Under the pieces are notes generated by a model. It was not told the origin of the DNA and did no database searches. It saw only the letters and a list, made by a program, of their open reading frames with translations. This document shows, one piece after another, positions 20,292 to 31,265 of a DNA stretch of 64,000 nt. Position 1 is the stretch's first letter. Every line of letters begins with the position of its first letter. A program made the position numbers and the translations under genes. This DNA is from Candidatus Omnitrophota bacterium (GTDB lineage: Bacteria; Omnitrophota; Gorgyraeia; Zapsychrales; JANLHA01), in the NCBI GenBank assembly GCA_963662715.1, contig OY759724.1, positions 1,690,662 to 1,754,661 of the forward strand, given 5' to 3'.

Positions 20292-22139
20292 ATGCATCAG
20301 AATATCGCTGAAATTGTTGTTCCTTTGCCCGTGGCCGGGCCGTTTGATTATCTTATAAAGGATGAGATGCGGGGCCGTGTTATGGTCGGACAAAGGGTTT
20401 ATGTGCCGTTTGGACACCGGTATGTTATCGGTTTTGTCATCGGACTTAAAGCACGCGGTACGCCCCGAAAGTTAAAGCCTGTTCATTCGCTTCTGGATCT
20501 TGAACCTACGTTTAATGACCCGGCCTTGTCTTTGGCTAAAGAATTCGCAAAATTATACGGATGTCAGCTTGGAGAGGCCCTTGATGCCAGTTTGCCGGCA
20601 GCGTTGCGAAAGAAAACAATAACTCAGCGTCCGCTTCAAAACATACAGGTTGAAAGAGGCGGGGAAAAGTGCCGTTCAACCCTGTGTCAAAGTTTCCTTG
20701 ACCAGGAAGGGCGGGGCTGGATTGTTGAACGTATGGCGCTGATTCGTAAAGCCGGACAGGGAGTTCTTGTCCTCGTCCCGGAAACGGCCCGTATTCAAGG
20801 CATGAAAACGTTTCTGGAAAAGGAATTCAAGGAGGAAATTCTGCTGTTGGACCGCCGTTCAACAGCTAAAAAAGAATTGGAGGCGTGGAGCCGGATTAAA
20901 GATGGCCGGAATAATTTCGTCATAGGGACCCGGTCAGCCGTTTTTGCTCCTGTCAGGGATTTGGGCCTTATTGTCATGATGGATGAGGAGCACCGGGCGT
21001 ATAAACAGGAACAGTCCCCTTTTTACCATGCCAGGGATATCGCTCAAATGCGGGCCCGTCTGGAACAAACAGAGCTTGTTTTTTTCACCCCGGCCCCTTC
21101 TTCTGAGATTATGTATCAGGTCAGGAACAAGACCTGCGAAAGAGTTGTTTTCCCGCCGTCTTTTCAGGCGGACATGCGGACAATTGATTTGTCGAATTAT
21201 AAGCCCAACAGGAAAACCATTATTTCTTTCCCTCTGCAAAATTATATTCACGAAATATTGCAGAATAAAGGCCGGGTGCTGCTTTATTTAAACCGGCGGG
21301 GGTTCAGTCTGGCCACCCGGTGTCATCAGTGCGGCCATGCGATGCGGTGTCAAAGGTGCGATGTTGTTTTGTCCTATCTGTTCTCTAAAAAGAAGCTGAT
21401 CTGTTCTTTATGCGGCTGGTCGACGGCTCTTCCGGAACGCTGTCCGCAATGCCAAAGCAAGTATCTGCGTTCCTGGGGGATCGGGGATGAGAAAGTCGAG
21501 AGTGAATGCGCCAGGATTTTCCCGGCAGCCAAAGTTTTGCGTGTCGACCGGGATATGAGCCAGCTGTCCCGGGGGGCGGATATCGTCGTGGCCACTCAGG
21601 CGGTATGGCGCACTCTTGATGAAAAGATGTTTGATTTGATAGCTGTTTTGGATTTTGATGCGGAAATCCACCGTCCGGATTTCCGCAGTGAGCAACAAGC
21701 CTTTGCTCTTCTCCTGCGCTTGCGGAAATGTGCCCGGCAGCGGCTCGTCGTGCAGACGTATCATCCGGACCATAAGGCTCTTCAGGCTGTCTCTAAAGAC
21801 AAGGACGAATTGTTTTATAAGCAGGAGTTGAAACAGCGGCAGGAATCGGGATTGCCCCCGTACAAACATTTGATCGAGATCACATTCCGCGGGCCGCGGG
21901 AAGATGCTGTGCAGGCACAGATTTTCAGTCTTTATGAGGAATTGCAGAAAGTCAATAAGCAGAATGTTGAAATTATGGAGCCGCAACCGGATTTTCATCC
22001 CAAATTGCGTGATCAGTACCGATTTATTATAATGCTTAAAAGCAGCTCGGTTAAAAAAGGCCATGCCCTGATTCAGCAGGCTCAGAAATCTCTAAGAAGG
22101 CGTAAAGACCTTATCATGACTGTTCAGGTTGATCCTTAA
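20292..22139 (+). CDS. priA: primosomal protein N' (PriA) homolog with degenerate Walker A
   Basis: N-terminal 3'-DNA-binding domain, DEEH motif II, four CxxC zinc-finger pairs; Walker A position reads QEGRGWIV instead of GxGKT. Confidence 0.7.
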   Translation: MHQNIAEIVVPLPVAGPFDYLIKDEMRGRVMVGQRVYVPFGHRYVIGFVIGLKARGTPRKLKPVHSLLDLEPTFNDPALSLAKEFAKLYGCQLGEALDASLPAALRKKTITQRPLQNIQVERGGEKCRSTLCQSFLDQEGRGWIVERMALIRKAGQGVLVLVPETARIQGMKTFLEKEFKEEILLLDRRSTAKKELEAWSRIKDGRNNFVIGTRSAVFAPVRDLGLIVMMDEEHRAYKQEQSPFYHARDIAQMRARLEQTELVFFTPAPSSEIMYQVRNKTCERVVFPPSFQADMRTIDLSNYKPNRKTIISFPLQNYIHEILQNKGRVLLYLNRRGFSLATRCHQCGHAMRCQRCDVVLSYLFSKKKLICSLCGWSTALPERCPQCQSKYLRSWGIGDEKVESECARIFPAAKVLRVDRDMSQLSRGADIVVATQAVWRTLDEKMFDLIAVLDFDAEIHRPDFRSEQQAFALLLRLRKCARQRLVVQTYHPDHKALQAVSKDKDELFYKQELKQRQESGLPPYKHLIEITFRGPREDAVQAQIFSLYEELQKVNKQNVEIMEPQPDFHPKLRDQYRFIIMLKSSSVKKGHALIQQAQKSLRRRKDLIMTVQVDP

Positions 22140-22234
22140 AGCCTCTGACGCGGAAGGGCGGTGTCGCCCTGTTCGGTGATGCCGGGCATAACACAGACGG
22201 AACATAATATTTAAATTTGTACAAAGCAGGGAAT

Positions 22235-23158
22235 ATGAAGATTGTTTTTTTTGGCAGTGATGATTTTGCCGTTACGAATTTGGAGCAGCTTGTGCTTTCG
22301 GGACGGGAGATTGCCGCTTGTGTCACCCCTCCGGACAAGGCCAGGGGCCGGGGGATGCACACGCAGGCCTCTGAGGTCAAACAATGTGCCCGGCAGCACC
22401 GTATCCCCGTTTTTCAGCCGGAAGATATCAGCCAGAAGAGTTTTCTGGAGGATATTGCTTCATTGCGGAGCGACCTTTTTGTCGTCATTGCTTACGGGAA
22501 AATCCTTTCAAATGAACTTCTGGCCATCCCGCGGTTGTTTTCCGTAAATGTGCACGCATCCCTGCTGCCCCGTTATCGCGGTGCGGCTCCGGTCAATTGG
22601 GCCCTGATCCGGGGGGAGCAGGAGACAGGAGTTTCTGTTATTAAAATGAATCCTCAATTGGATGCCGGAGACATATTATCCCAGGCCCGTTTGAAGGTTG
22701 AAGATGCCGACACGGCTGTTTCTCTGCGGGCTAAATTGGCCCGTTTGGGTGCGGATTTGCTGAATCAAACAGTGGCCGATATTCAGGCCGGGCATGTTCA
22801 GGCTATTCCCCAAGATAAAAGTCAGGTGACGTTTGCTCCCAAGCTGACAAAAGATTTGGGGCTGATCCATTGGCAGGATTCCGCGTTTAAGATCCACAAC
22901 ATGGTCCGCGGCTTACAGCCATGGCCTTCTGCCTATACATTCTATAAAGATAAATTGTTGAAGATTCTGGAAACAGAAATCGTCGGTTCCTTCGGGGGAG
23001 TCCCCGGGACAATCGTGGAAATTCTGCCTTCGGGTTTTGTCCTGCAGACAGGGGACAAAAGCCTCCTGGTGAAGAAAGTCCATTTGGCGTCCGCAAAGGC
23101 CATGCCGGCCAAAGATTTTATTCTGGGACATCGGCTTGCTGTCGGGATGACATTCTGA
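22235..23158 (+). CDS. fmt: methionyl-tRNA formyltransferase
   Basis: MKIVFFGSDDFAV ... SLLPRYRGAAPVNWALI formyltransferase motifs. Confidence 0.8.
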   Translation: MKIVFFGSDDFAVTNLEQLVLSGREIAACVTPPDKARGRGMHTQASEVKQCARQHRIPVFQPEDISQKSFLEDIASLRSDLFVVIAYGKILSNELLAIPRLFSVNVHASLLPRYRGAAPVNWALIRGEQETGVSVIKMNPQLDAGDILSQARLKVEDADTAVSLRAKLARLGADLLNQTVADIQAGHVQAIPQDKSQVTFAPKLTKDLGLIHWQDSAFKIHNMVRGLQPWPSAYTFYKDKLLKILETEIVGSFGGVPGTIVEILPSGFVLQTGDKSLLVKKVHLASAKAMPAKDFILGHRLAVGMTF

Positions 23159-23215
23159 TGCCCGCCAAGGAAAGACTTTGGGAGAGATGGATCCCCCGGC
23201 TTTTTTTCTAATGCC

Positions 23216-26200
23216 ATGATCGTTTTTTTTATCGGAACAATATGTATTTCCGCCGGGTTGGGCACGATTGCCTGGCTTATGTGGAAGGAAAAAAGGATAG
23301 AAGACTCTATCCGCAAGAAAAACGCCCCGGTCTATAATCAGCCTGTCACAACCTCGGAGCTTTTGGACCGGATAGGTTTGCGCCGTGAGCCGCTACCGTC
23401 CCCGAATTCCCCCAAGGCTTCCCCGGGAGAAGAGTCGCTGGACGTTTTTTCCGCTTTAGATGATACGAATAAAGAAGATATCAACAAGGCTCTGGAACTT
23501 TCAATCCAACATGATGATTTAACGAAAGAACACCGCCATATGCAGGAGCATCATGAGAGGCTGCAGGCGTTGATTGTTGATAAGAAACGTATTTTAAAGA
23601 ACACGCGCAGAGCTCTGCGCAGCGAACGCCGGTATATTCAGGAGTTTGACCATATGCGGGACCGTTTGAATCATAAGATCGAAACAGCGAAGGAAGAGCG
23701 CCGGATGATTCAAAATAATCTTAAAGAAAAACAGGCTTCAGGCCGGGCTTTTCTGACGCGTGTCAATAATTTGGAACAAAGAATTAAAGAGCTGGAGACC
23801 TCTTTCCGGGAAAAGGAGCTGGCCATCAAGGATAGTATGATAACAGTCCAGAAAGACCAGAAGCGGGCTGCTGAAATAAAAGAGAAGATACAGGAAAGAG
23901 AAAAGACCGTTCAGGAAAAAAGCGATAAATTGCTGGATTTGATCGGCCGGATAAAAAAGAGAGGCGATACGGCCATGGAATATGTCCGGCAGCAGATCGG
24001 TATTGATATCCGGATATGGGAGGAAGAACTCTTGGCGCCGCCGGTCGTCGAAATTCCTGAGCCGGAAGAGAAAATGGTCCCGGCCGGGGAAGCTGCCGGT
24101 GAAGGCCTGGAAGCCGAACAACCTCTTGAAGAGGGCGTTGAGGCGGCCGCTCAGGAAGCCGTCCCCGTTGCCGGGGAGGCCCAGCCTGTGCCAGAAGAAC
24201 GGGGAGGGGATGCTGTCCTGGCTGATGTCCGGAACATCGGGATTATCGCTCATATCGATGCCGGTAAAACGACGACCACGGAAAGAGTCCTTTATTATAC
24301 CGGGGTCATTCATAAAATGGGGACGGTCGATCAGGGTAATGCGACAATGGACTGGATGGCCCAGGAGCAGGAACGGGGGATTACGATCACATCGGCCAAT
24401 ACCACATGTTTTTGGAAAGGCAAGAAAGTGAACATCATCGACACTCCCGGACACGTTGATTTTACGGTTGAGGTAGAGCGTTCCCTGAAGGTTCTTGACG
24501 GGGCGGTTGTTGTGCTGTGCGCCACAAGCGGCGTGCAGTCTCAGACAGAGACGGTATGGCGGCAGGCCGACCGGTATCATGTCCCGAGGATATTTTTTAT
24601 TAATAAAATTGACCGTATGGGTGCGGACTTTTTCCGGGTGCTTGAACAGATTGAAGACCGTATCGGAGCTAATGTGGCGGCCGTCCAGATCCCTGACGGC
24701 ACGGAAGACCAGTTTAAAGGCATTGTGGATGTGATCCATCAGAAGTATATCCATTACCTTGATGACGAAGGAATGAAGTTCGAGGAACAGGACATCCCGG
24801 AACCCCTGAAAGCGAAAAGCCAGGAGGTGCGCAAGATCCTGTTGGAAAGATTGTCCACGTGTGATGACGATATCATGGAAAAAATGCTGGCAGAACAGGA
24901 AATCTCCGCAGAAGACATTGTCCCTGCGATCCGGCGCGCTGTTGTTAAAAACGCCTTTTTCCCCGCTTTGGTCGGAACAGCCCTGCGCAACCGCGGGGTG
25001 CAGAAAGTCCTCGATGCCATTGTGGATTACCTGCCTTCGCCGTTGGAGGTTCCTCCGGTGTCCGGGACACGGCCCAGGACAGAGGAAACCCTTGAACGGC
25101 ATCCTTCGGTCGCGGAACCTCTTAGCGCGTTGGTTTTTAAGATTGCCTCCGATCCTTATGTCGGGAAGTTGTTCTATACCCGGATTTATTCCGGAATCAT
25201 TGAATCCGGAGGCACGGTTTACAACTCATCCTCAGGCAAGCGGGAGCGCGTTGCGAAGATCGTTGTGATGCATGCCAATAAGCAGGAAATTGTCCCGCGC
25301 GCCGGTGCCGGGGAGATCGTCGCTTTAGTCGGCCTTAAGACAACGAAATCCGGTGATACGCTGTGCGCTGAGAACCAACCCATCCTCTTGGAAAGTATTG
25401 AATCTCCGGAGCCGGTTATCTCAATGGCCATTGAACCGCAAACCAAGGCGGACCAGGATAAGATGGGGCTTATTTTAAGGAAATTCCTCGATGAAGACCC
25501 GTCATTGAGGATGTCCTATGATCATGAGACCGGCCAGACACTCCTGTCCGGGATGGGGGAACTGCATTTGGAGATTATTATCGACCGTATGAAACGGGAA
25601 CATAACCTAGAGACGAATATCGGACGTCCGCAGGTCGCTTACCGGGAGACGATTAAAGAGAAAGTGGAGAAAATCGAGGGCAAATTTATTTCCCAGACAG
25701 GCGGTCGCGGGCAATACGGGCATTGTGTTATTGAAATGGAACCCAGTGAAAAACCGGGAGACGGAATTAAATTTATCGATAAAATCAAAGGGGGCGTCAT
25801 CCCGCGCGAATATATCCCTTCCGTTGAGAAAGGCATCAATGCCGGTTCGGAAAGCGGTATTCTGGCCGGGTATCCGGTCACGGACTTTACTGTGACTCTC
25901 GTTGACGGGTCTTTTCATGAGGTTGATTCGAGTGACATTGCTTTTCAGCTCGCGGCCAAGGCCGCCCTTAAAGAAGGGCTGAGGCGCGGAAAATCCGTAT
26001 TCCTTGAACCGATCATGAAGCTGGAATGTGCCGTCCCGGAAGAATTCATGGGAGCGGTGATCGGGGATTTAAACAGCCGCCGGGCTAAAATTATTAATAT
26101 GGGCGTGCAGGGAAAGTTAAAGACGGCTTTGTGTGAAGTCCCCTTATCAGAAATGTTTAATTATGCCAATGCCCTGCGTTCTTTAACTCAAGGGCGGGCG

Positions 26201-26308
26201 TCTTTCTCCATGGAGCCCTGTTTTTATGCGGAAGTTCCCTATCATATTTCTGAAAAAATAAAAGCGGAGAGGGAAGAATTGATGAAGAAAAAGGAAGATG
26301 GGAAATAG
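23216..26308 (+). CDS. elongation factor G homolog with 335-aa N-terminal extension (TM helix, coiled coil, acidic Pro/Ala/Glu linker)
   Basis: Uninterrupted 1030-codon ORF; residues about 336-1030 are complete EF-G ([33 protein letters not shown] domain IV tip); N-terminus starts with hydrophobic helix then K/E/R-rich heptad-like sequence. Confidence 0.7.
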   Translation: MIVFFIGTICISAGLGTIAWLMWKEKRIEDSIRKKNAPVYNQPVTTSELLDRIGLRREPLPSPNSPKASPGEESLDVFSALDDTNKEDINKALELSIQHDDLTKEHRHMQEHHERLQALIVDKKRILKNTRRALRSERRYIQEFDHMRDRLNHKIETAKEERRMIQNNLKEKQASGRAFLTRVNNLEQRIKELETSFREKELAIKDSMITVQKDQKRAAEIKEKIQEREKTVQEKSDKLLDLIGRIKKRGDTAMEYVRQQIGIDIRIWEEELLAPPVVEIPEPEEKMVPAGEAAGEGLEAEQPLEEGVEAAAQEAVPVAGEAQPVPEERGGDAVLADVRNIGIIAHIDAGKTTTTERVLYYTGVIHKMGTVDQGNATMDWMAQEQERGITITSANTTCFWKGKKVNIIDTPGHVDFTVEVERSLKVLDGAVVVLCATSGVQSQTETVWRQADRYHVPRIFFINKIDRMGADFFRVLEQIEDRIGANVAAVQIPDGTEDQFKGIVDVIHQKYIHYLDDEGMKFEEQDIPEPLKAKSQEVRKILLERLSTCDDDIMEKMLAEQEISAEDIVPAIRRAVVKNAFFPALVGTALRNRGVQKVLDAIVDYLPSPLEVPPVSGTRPRTEETLERHPSVAEPLSALVFKIASDPYVGKLFYTRIYSGIIESGGTVYNSSSGKRERVAKIVVMHANKQEIVPRAGAGEIVALVGLKTTKSGDTLCAENQPILLESIESPEPVISMAIEPQTKADQDKMGLILRKFLDEDPSLRMSYDHETGQTLLSGMGELHLEIIIDRMKREHNLETNIGRPQVAYRETIKEKVEKIEGKFISQTGGRGQYGHCVIEMEPSEKPGDGIKFIDKIKGGVIPREYIPSVEKGINAGSESGILAGYPVTDFTVTLVDGSFHEVDSSDIAFQLAAKAALKEGLRRGKSVFLEPIMKLECAVPEEFMGAVIGDLNSRRAKIINMGVQGKLKTALCEVPLSEMFNYANALRSLTQGRASFSMEPCFYAEVPYHISEKIKAEREELMKKKEDGK

Positions 26309-26397
26309 GCCGCCCGTTCAAAAGCGCTTAAAGCCGTCTTTTTTTTCTTCGGACGCCTTTGTCGCGGAAAAAAAATTTTCGCAATCCTATTTTTTAT

Positions 26398-26425
26398 TTG
26401 CATCCCATTCCCTTTGTGATATAAT
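26398..26425 (+). promoter_or_regulatory. candidate sigma70 promoter (TTGCAT, 16-nt spacer, TATAAT) with about 160-nt leader
   Basis: Consensus-like hexamers upstream of galT-like gene pair. Confidence 0.3.
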
Positions 26426-26588
26426 TCGTTAACTTTTCATAAAGGCATGACTTGCGAACCGACGGAATTAAGGAAGCGGGCACATTCTGGAACATGTTTC
26501 GTCGCTGAGAGAAACGGGTCGGTCGTTTGCTGAAAATATCAGCCCCCTGAGCAAATTTTATTAACTGGTATTTAAGGGTGTTTTATTT

Positions 26589-27608
26589 ATGCCAGAATTT
26601 CGTAAAGATCCCGTAATTGGCCGTTGGGTGATTATTGCGACGGAACGGGCCAGACGCCCGGGAACGATTATTGATCCTCAGCGCGTCGATAAAAAAGACT
26701 CTCAAGAGTGTCCTTTCTGCCATAACCAAGAGCCGGAGATATACACCGTCCCCAATAAAGACCCTCAAGCCTCCAGCCCCTGGAGTGTTAAGGTGACTCC
26801 CAGCGGGACTCCGTTATTAAAAATGTCGCCTCAGTTCAAACGCCGGGGCCACGGACTTTATGATGTCATTAATGATTACGGAGTGCATGAGGTCGTGATA
26901 GAAACTCCGGATCATATCGCGAATATGGCTGATTTGAGTGAAAAGCAGATCGCGTATGTGATGAATACCTATGTCTACCGTTTTAAGGAGTTAAGCCAGA
27001 ACAAAAATTTTCTTTATGTGATTGCCTATAAGAATTACGGCTGGGCCGCAGGCAGCCGTAATATCGGACATTCCCGTTCCCAAATTATCGCTTCCTCTGT
27101 GAATCCTTTGGCTGTGAAAGAACAAATGTCCCGGGCTAAAAAGTATTTTGATTATCATGACCGGTGTTTGTTCTGTGACCTGATCCGTCAGGAAAAAAAT
27201 GACAGGAAGCGGGTTGTGACCGAGTCGGAGCATTTTATCGCTATTACACCCTTTGCCCCCAGGTTTTCCTTTGAAATATGGATCCTTCCCAAAGAGCATC
27301 ATTGTGATTTTGTGCATGGCGTGGCGGGCAAGGAACTCGATTTAGCCAGAATTCTCAAAGATACGTTAACGCGGTTGAAAATCGGGCTGGCGGATCCGTC
27401 CTACAATTATGTTATTCAAACGGCGCCGTTCCGCAGTCAGGAGCGGGGGGCCCGCTGGCCGACCATTGAAGAGGATTATCATTGGCATATTGAAGTTATG
27501 CCCCGTTTAACCCGGGTGGCCGGATTTGAGAAAGGCTCCGGATTTTATATTTGTTCTATCCCCCCCGAACACACGGCGGAATTTTTAAGGGAGGTAGAGT
27601 TGTCATGA
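26589..27608 (+). CDS. GalT-like hexose-1-phosphate uridylyltransferase paralog 1 (HIT branch III), catalytic HxH degenerate (GHSRSQ)
   Basis: RKDPVIGRWVIIA N-terminus, CxxC zinc motif, but HPHGQ-equivalent reads HSRSQ. Confidence 0.65.
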   Translation: MPEFRKDPVIGRWVIIATERARRPGTIIDPQRVDKKDSQECPFCHNQEPEIYTVPNKDPQASSPWSVKVTPSGTPLLKMSPQFKRRGHGLYDVINDYGVHEVVIETPDHIANMADLSEKQIAYVMNTYVYRFKELSQNKNFLYVIAYKNYGWAAGSRNIGHSRSQIIASSVNPLAVKEQMSRAKKYFDYHDRCLFCDLIRQEKNDRKRVVTESEHFIAITPFAPRFSFEIWILPKEHHCDFVHGVAGKELDLARILKDTLTRLKIGLADPSYNYVIQTAPFRSQERGARWPTIEEDYHWHIEVMPRLTRVAGFEKGSGFYICSIPPEHTAEFLREVELS

Positions 27609-28612
27609 GTGAATTACGCCGTGATCCTATTATCGGCCGGTGGGCGATCGTTGCGGATAAAGAAGAATCCTGGGGACCGGATAATTACGATAAGGAAGTT
27701 CACGAACGTAAACATAAGGCCATCTGTCAGTTTTGTCCCGGCCGGGAGAAACAAACACCTCCGGAAGTTGACGCCATCCGGCCGCAGGGATCGGCTCCGA
27801 ATAAACCGGATTGGATAGCGCGGGCCGTCTCCAATAAATTTCCTGCTTTGCGTATTGAAGGTAATTTGGACAAACGTGCGGACGGTATTTATGATGTGTC
27901 TAACGGTGTGGGGGCGCATGAAGTTCTTATTGAAACGCCGGATCATGACCGGGATTTGGCGGATTTGTCCGTCGATGAGATTGTGAATGTTATCCGTCTG
28001 GCCCAAAGCCGGTCTATAAGTCTTGCCAAAGACCGGAGATTCAAGTATATTATGCTCTTCAAGAATTACGGGCAGTCCGCAGGAACGTCCATTGAGCATG
28101 CCCACAGTCAAATTATTGCTTTGCCCCTGGTGCCCCGTTATGTCCTGGAGGAGCTGGAAGGTTCTTTGAACTATTTTAAATTCCGGGGTCGCTGCATCTA
28201 TTGTGATATTATTGCCCAGGAACAGCAGGAGCAGGAAAGAATCATTTTGGATAACGAGGCGTTTATTTCTTTCTGTCCCTATGTCCCGAGATATCCTTTC
28301 GAGTGCTGGATCCTGCCGAAAGAACATTCCTCGGATTTTTGCTATCTGTCGGATCATGACCGCCATCAACTGGCGTTGACCTTGCAGGACGTGTTAAAGC
28401 GGATAAAAACGACTTTAAAAGATCCGTCTTATAATTTTTATTTGCATGTTCCCCCGGTCAATTACAAGGAGTCACAGAGTTACCACTGGCATATTGAAAT
28501 TGTTCCGCAGTTAAGCCGGGTCGCAGGTTTTGAATGGGGGACGGGGTTTTATATCGTCCGTACGGAACCCGGGGTCGCGGCTGAAACACTACGCAATTAT
28601 TCTCCGGAATAG
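27606..28612 (+). CDS. GalT-like hexose-1-phosphate uridylyltransferase paralog 2, catalytic motif intact (HAHSQ)
   Basis: ATGA overlap with paralog 1; RRDPIIGRWAIVA, CQFC, EHAHSQIIA. Confidence 0.65.
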
Positions 28613-28656
28613 GTCTTTGAGGTAAAACAAGAGAAAAAAATGAGTATAATTATTAA

Positions 28657-29673
<1,017 letters not shown>

Positions 29674-29706
29674 GATTTAAGTCTGATCATTAGGTGTTTT
29701 ATTGAA

Positions 29707-29732
29707 GGGGCGGATGATTCCGCCCCTTTTTT
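29707..29732 (+). terminator. Rho-independent terminator after gap
   Basis: GGGGCGG-atgatt-CCGCCCC hairpin followed by TTTTTT. Confidence 0.6.
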
Positions 29733-29774
29733 ATGGGTTTTTAAAAAGTCATCATCATTGACGCATATTTTTTC

Positions 29775-29803
29775 TTGTCAATCTTTCTCCCTGCCGGTAG
29801 AAT
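29775..29803 (+). promoter_or_regulatory. candidate sigma70 promoter (TTGTCA, 17-nt spacer, TAGAAT)
   Basis: Hexamers 60 nt upstream of HisKA-only gene. Confidence 0.3.
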
Positions 29804-29863
29804 AAAATCGCTTTAAAGATTGTTGTTAAGTTTTACCATGTTGGGGAAACACCTGCGTAGAAC

Positions 29864-30205
29864 ATGTTATTCGAGGAAATGGACGTTATTATGGGAACCC
29901 CGGAACATTTTGAAAATGAAAACAGGCGGTTAAAGCAGCTGGTGGCGGATTTAAAGGAGGAAATTGAAAGACAGCAAGAGGACCTAGAAAAAGTTGACCG
30001 GTTAAAGGGGGAGTTTGTCGACATGGCGGCTCACGATTTGCGAACGCCGGTCACGGTTATCAAGGAAAGTCTGGCTCAACTGCAGGACAGATTGTTCGGC
30101 GATTTGAACCCGGGGCAGGAGCATTTGCTTGAACTGGCTTTGCTGAATACCGAAAGGCTTGCGGATTGTATCAATCAATATATCTCATCGGCAAAGGAAA
30201 GATGA
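29864..30205 (+). CDS. stand-alone HisKA (dimerisation/phospho-acceptor) domain protein, no HATPase_c
   Basis: H-box MAAHDLRTP; 113 aa, no TM, no ATP-binding domain. Confidence 0.55.
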   Translation: MLFEEMDVIMGTPEHFENENRRLKQLVADLKEEIERQQEDLEKVDRLKGEFVDMAAHDLRTPVTVIKESLAQLQDRLFGDLNPGQEHLLELALLNTERLADCINQYISSAKER

Positions 30206-30250
30206 ACGGGTCTTGTTGGGGAGGGAGAAAACAAAAAGGGGGAAAGGAAA

Positions 30251-30613
30251 ATGGCACATAAACTATTGCTGATTGATGATGAGTCTGATATATTAAAAAT
30301 TCTTAAACTGCGATTGGAAGCCAATGATTATGCTGTCATCACGGCGGAGGACGGGGAGGCCGGGATGCAGGCTCTGCAGGCTGAGCGCCCGGACCTGGTC
30401 GTTTTGGATGTGATGATGCCCAGGATGGACGGATTTACGTTTGTCTCTGAACTCAAAAAGATGCAGGAGTTCCGGCATATTCCCGTCATCATGTTGACGG
30501 CAAAAGAAATGATGGCTGATTTGTTGCGTCTGGAAGGGGTCAGCGATTACATCATTAAACCGTTTCAGGCGGAGCAGGTCTTAGCGGCGATTAAGAAAAA
30601 TTTGCCGGAATAA
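30251..30613 (+). CDS. single-domain response regulator (CheY-like receiver)
   Basis: LLIDDE ... VLDVMMP ... K-P receiver motifs. Confidence 0.75.
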   Translation: MAHKLLLIDDESDILKILKLRLEANDYAVITAEDGEAGMQALQAERPDLVVLDVMMPRMDGFTFVSELKKMQEFRHIPVIMLTAKEMMADLLRLEGVSDYIIKPFQAEQVLAAIKKNLPE

Positions 30614-30714
30614 GCAACCCGGAATACGAGCCCCCGGCTCTTTTATCCCCGGAATGGCGGACGGGAACCCCATTTAATATTACTTTAAATTCAGATAAAT
30701 TAAGGAGAGAATGG

Positions 30715-31242
30715 ATGAGTCAGCAGCCGGCCAAAACGACGAGCCCTTATACCGTTGTCAAATTTTCCAAGATACACAATAAAGGGGTTTATGCTAAAAA
30801 ATTTATCCCTGCGGAGACCAGAATCATTGAATATGTCGGGGAGCGGATCACGAAAGCCGAATCGCAACGCCGGGCCGATATCCCCCTGGAGAAGCATAAA
30901 AGAAATAAAAAGCACGGAGCGGTATATATCTTTGAGCTGAACAAAAGACATGATATTGACGGGAATGTCCCTTATAACACGGCCCGTTTTATCAATCATT
31001 CCTGCGACCCCAATTGTGAGACAGAAATCGCCCGTGGCCATATTTGGATTACCTCTTTCAAGGATATTCAGCCCGGAGAGGAAATAACATATAATTATGG
31101 GTATGATTATGATGATTATGAGGAGCATTTATGCAACTGCGGCACGAAACGCTGTGTCGGTTTTATCCTGGATGAAAAACATTGGCCTAAATTAAAAAGG
31201 AAATTGCGCCGTCAGAAACAGGCTTTGGCCGGCGTGACTTGA
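30715..31242 (+). CDS. SET-domain protein (lysine methyltransferase-like) with post-SET Cys cluster
   Basis: RFINHSCDPNC, EITYNYGYDY and CNCGTKRC motifs. Confidence 0.7.
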   Translation: MSQQPAKTTSPYTVVKFSKIHNKGVYAKKFIPAETRIIEYVGERITKAESQRRADIPLEKHKRNKKHGAVYIFELNKRHDIDGNVPYNTARFINHSCDPNCETEIARGHIWITSFKDIQPGEEITYNYGYDYDDYEEHLCNCGTKRCVGFILDEKHWPKLKRKLRRQKQALAGVT

Positions 31243-31265
31243 AAAAATCTCAATCCACGTGTTGA

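Noticed and set aside
21408-22064. 218-aa minus-strand ORF
   Set aside because: Antisense to priA.
23738-25102. 454-aa ORF on minus strand
   Set aside because: Lies entirely antisense to the EF-G coding region; shadow ORF in a GC-rich conserved gene, no domain content.
27614-28369. 251-aa minus-strand ORF
   Set aside because: Antisense to GalT-like paralog 2.
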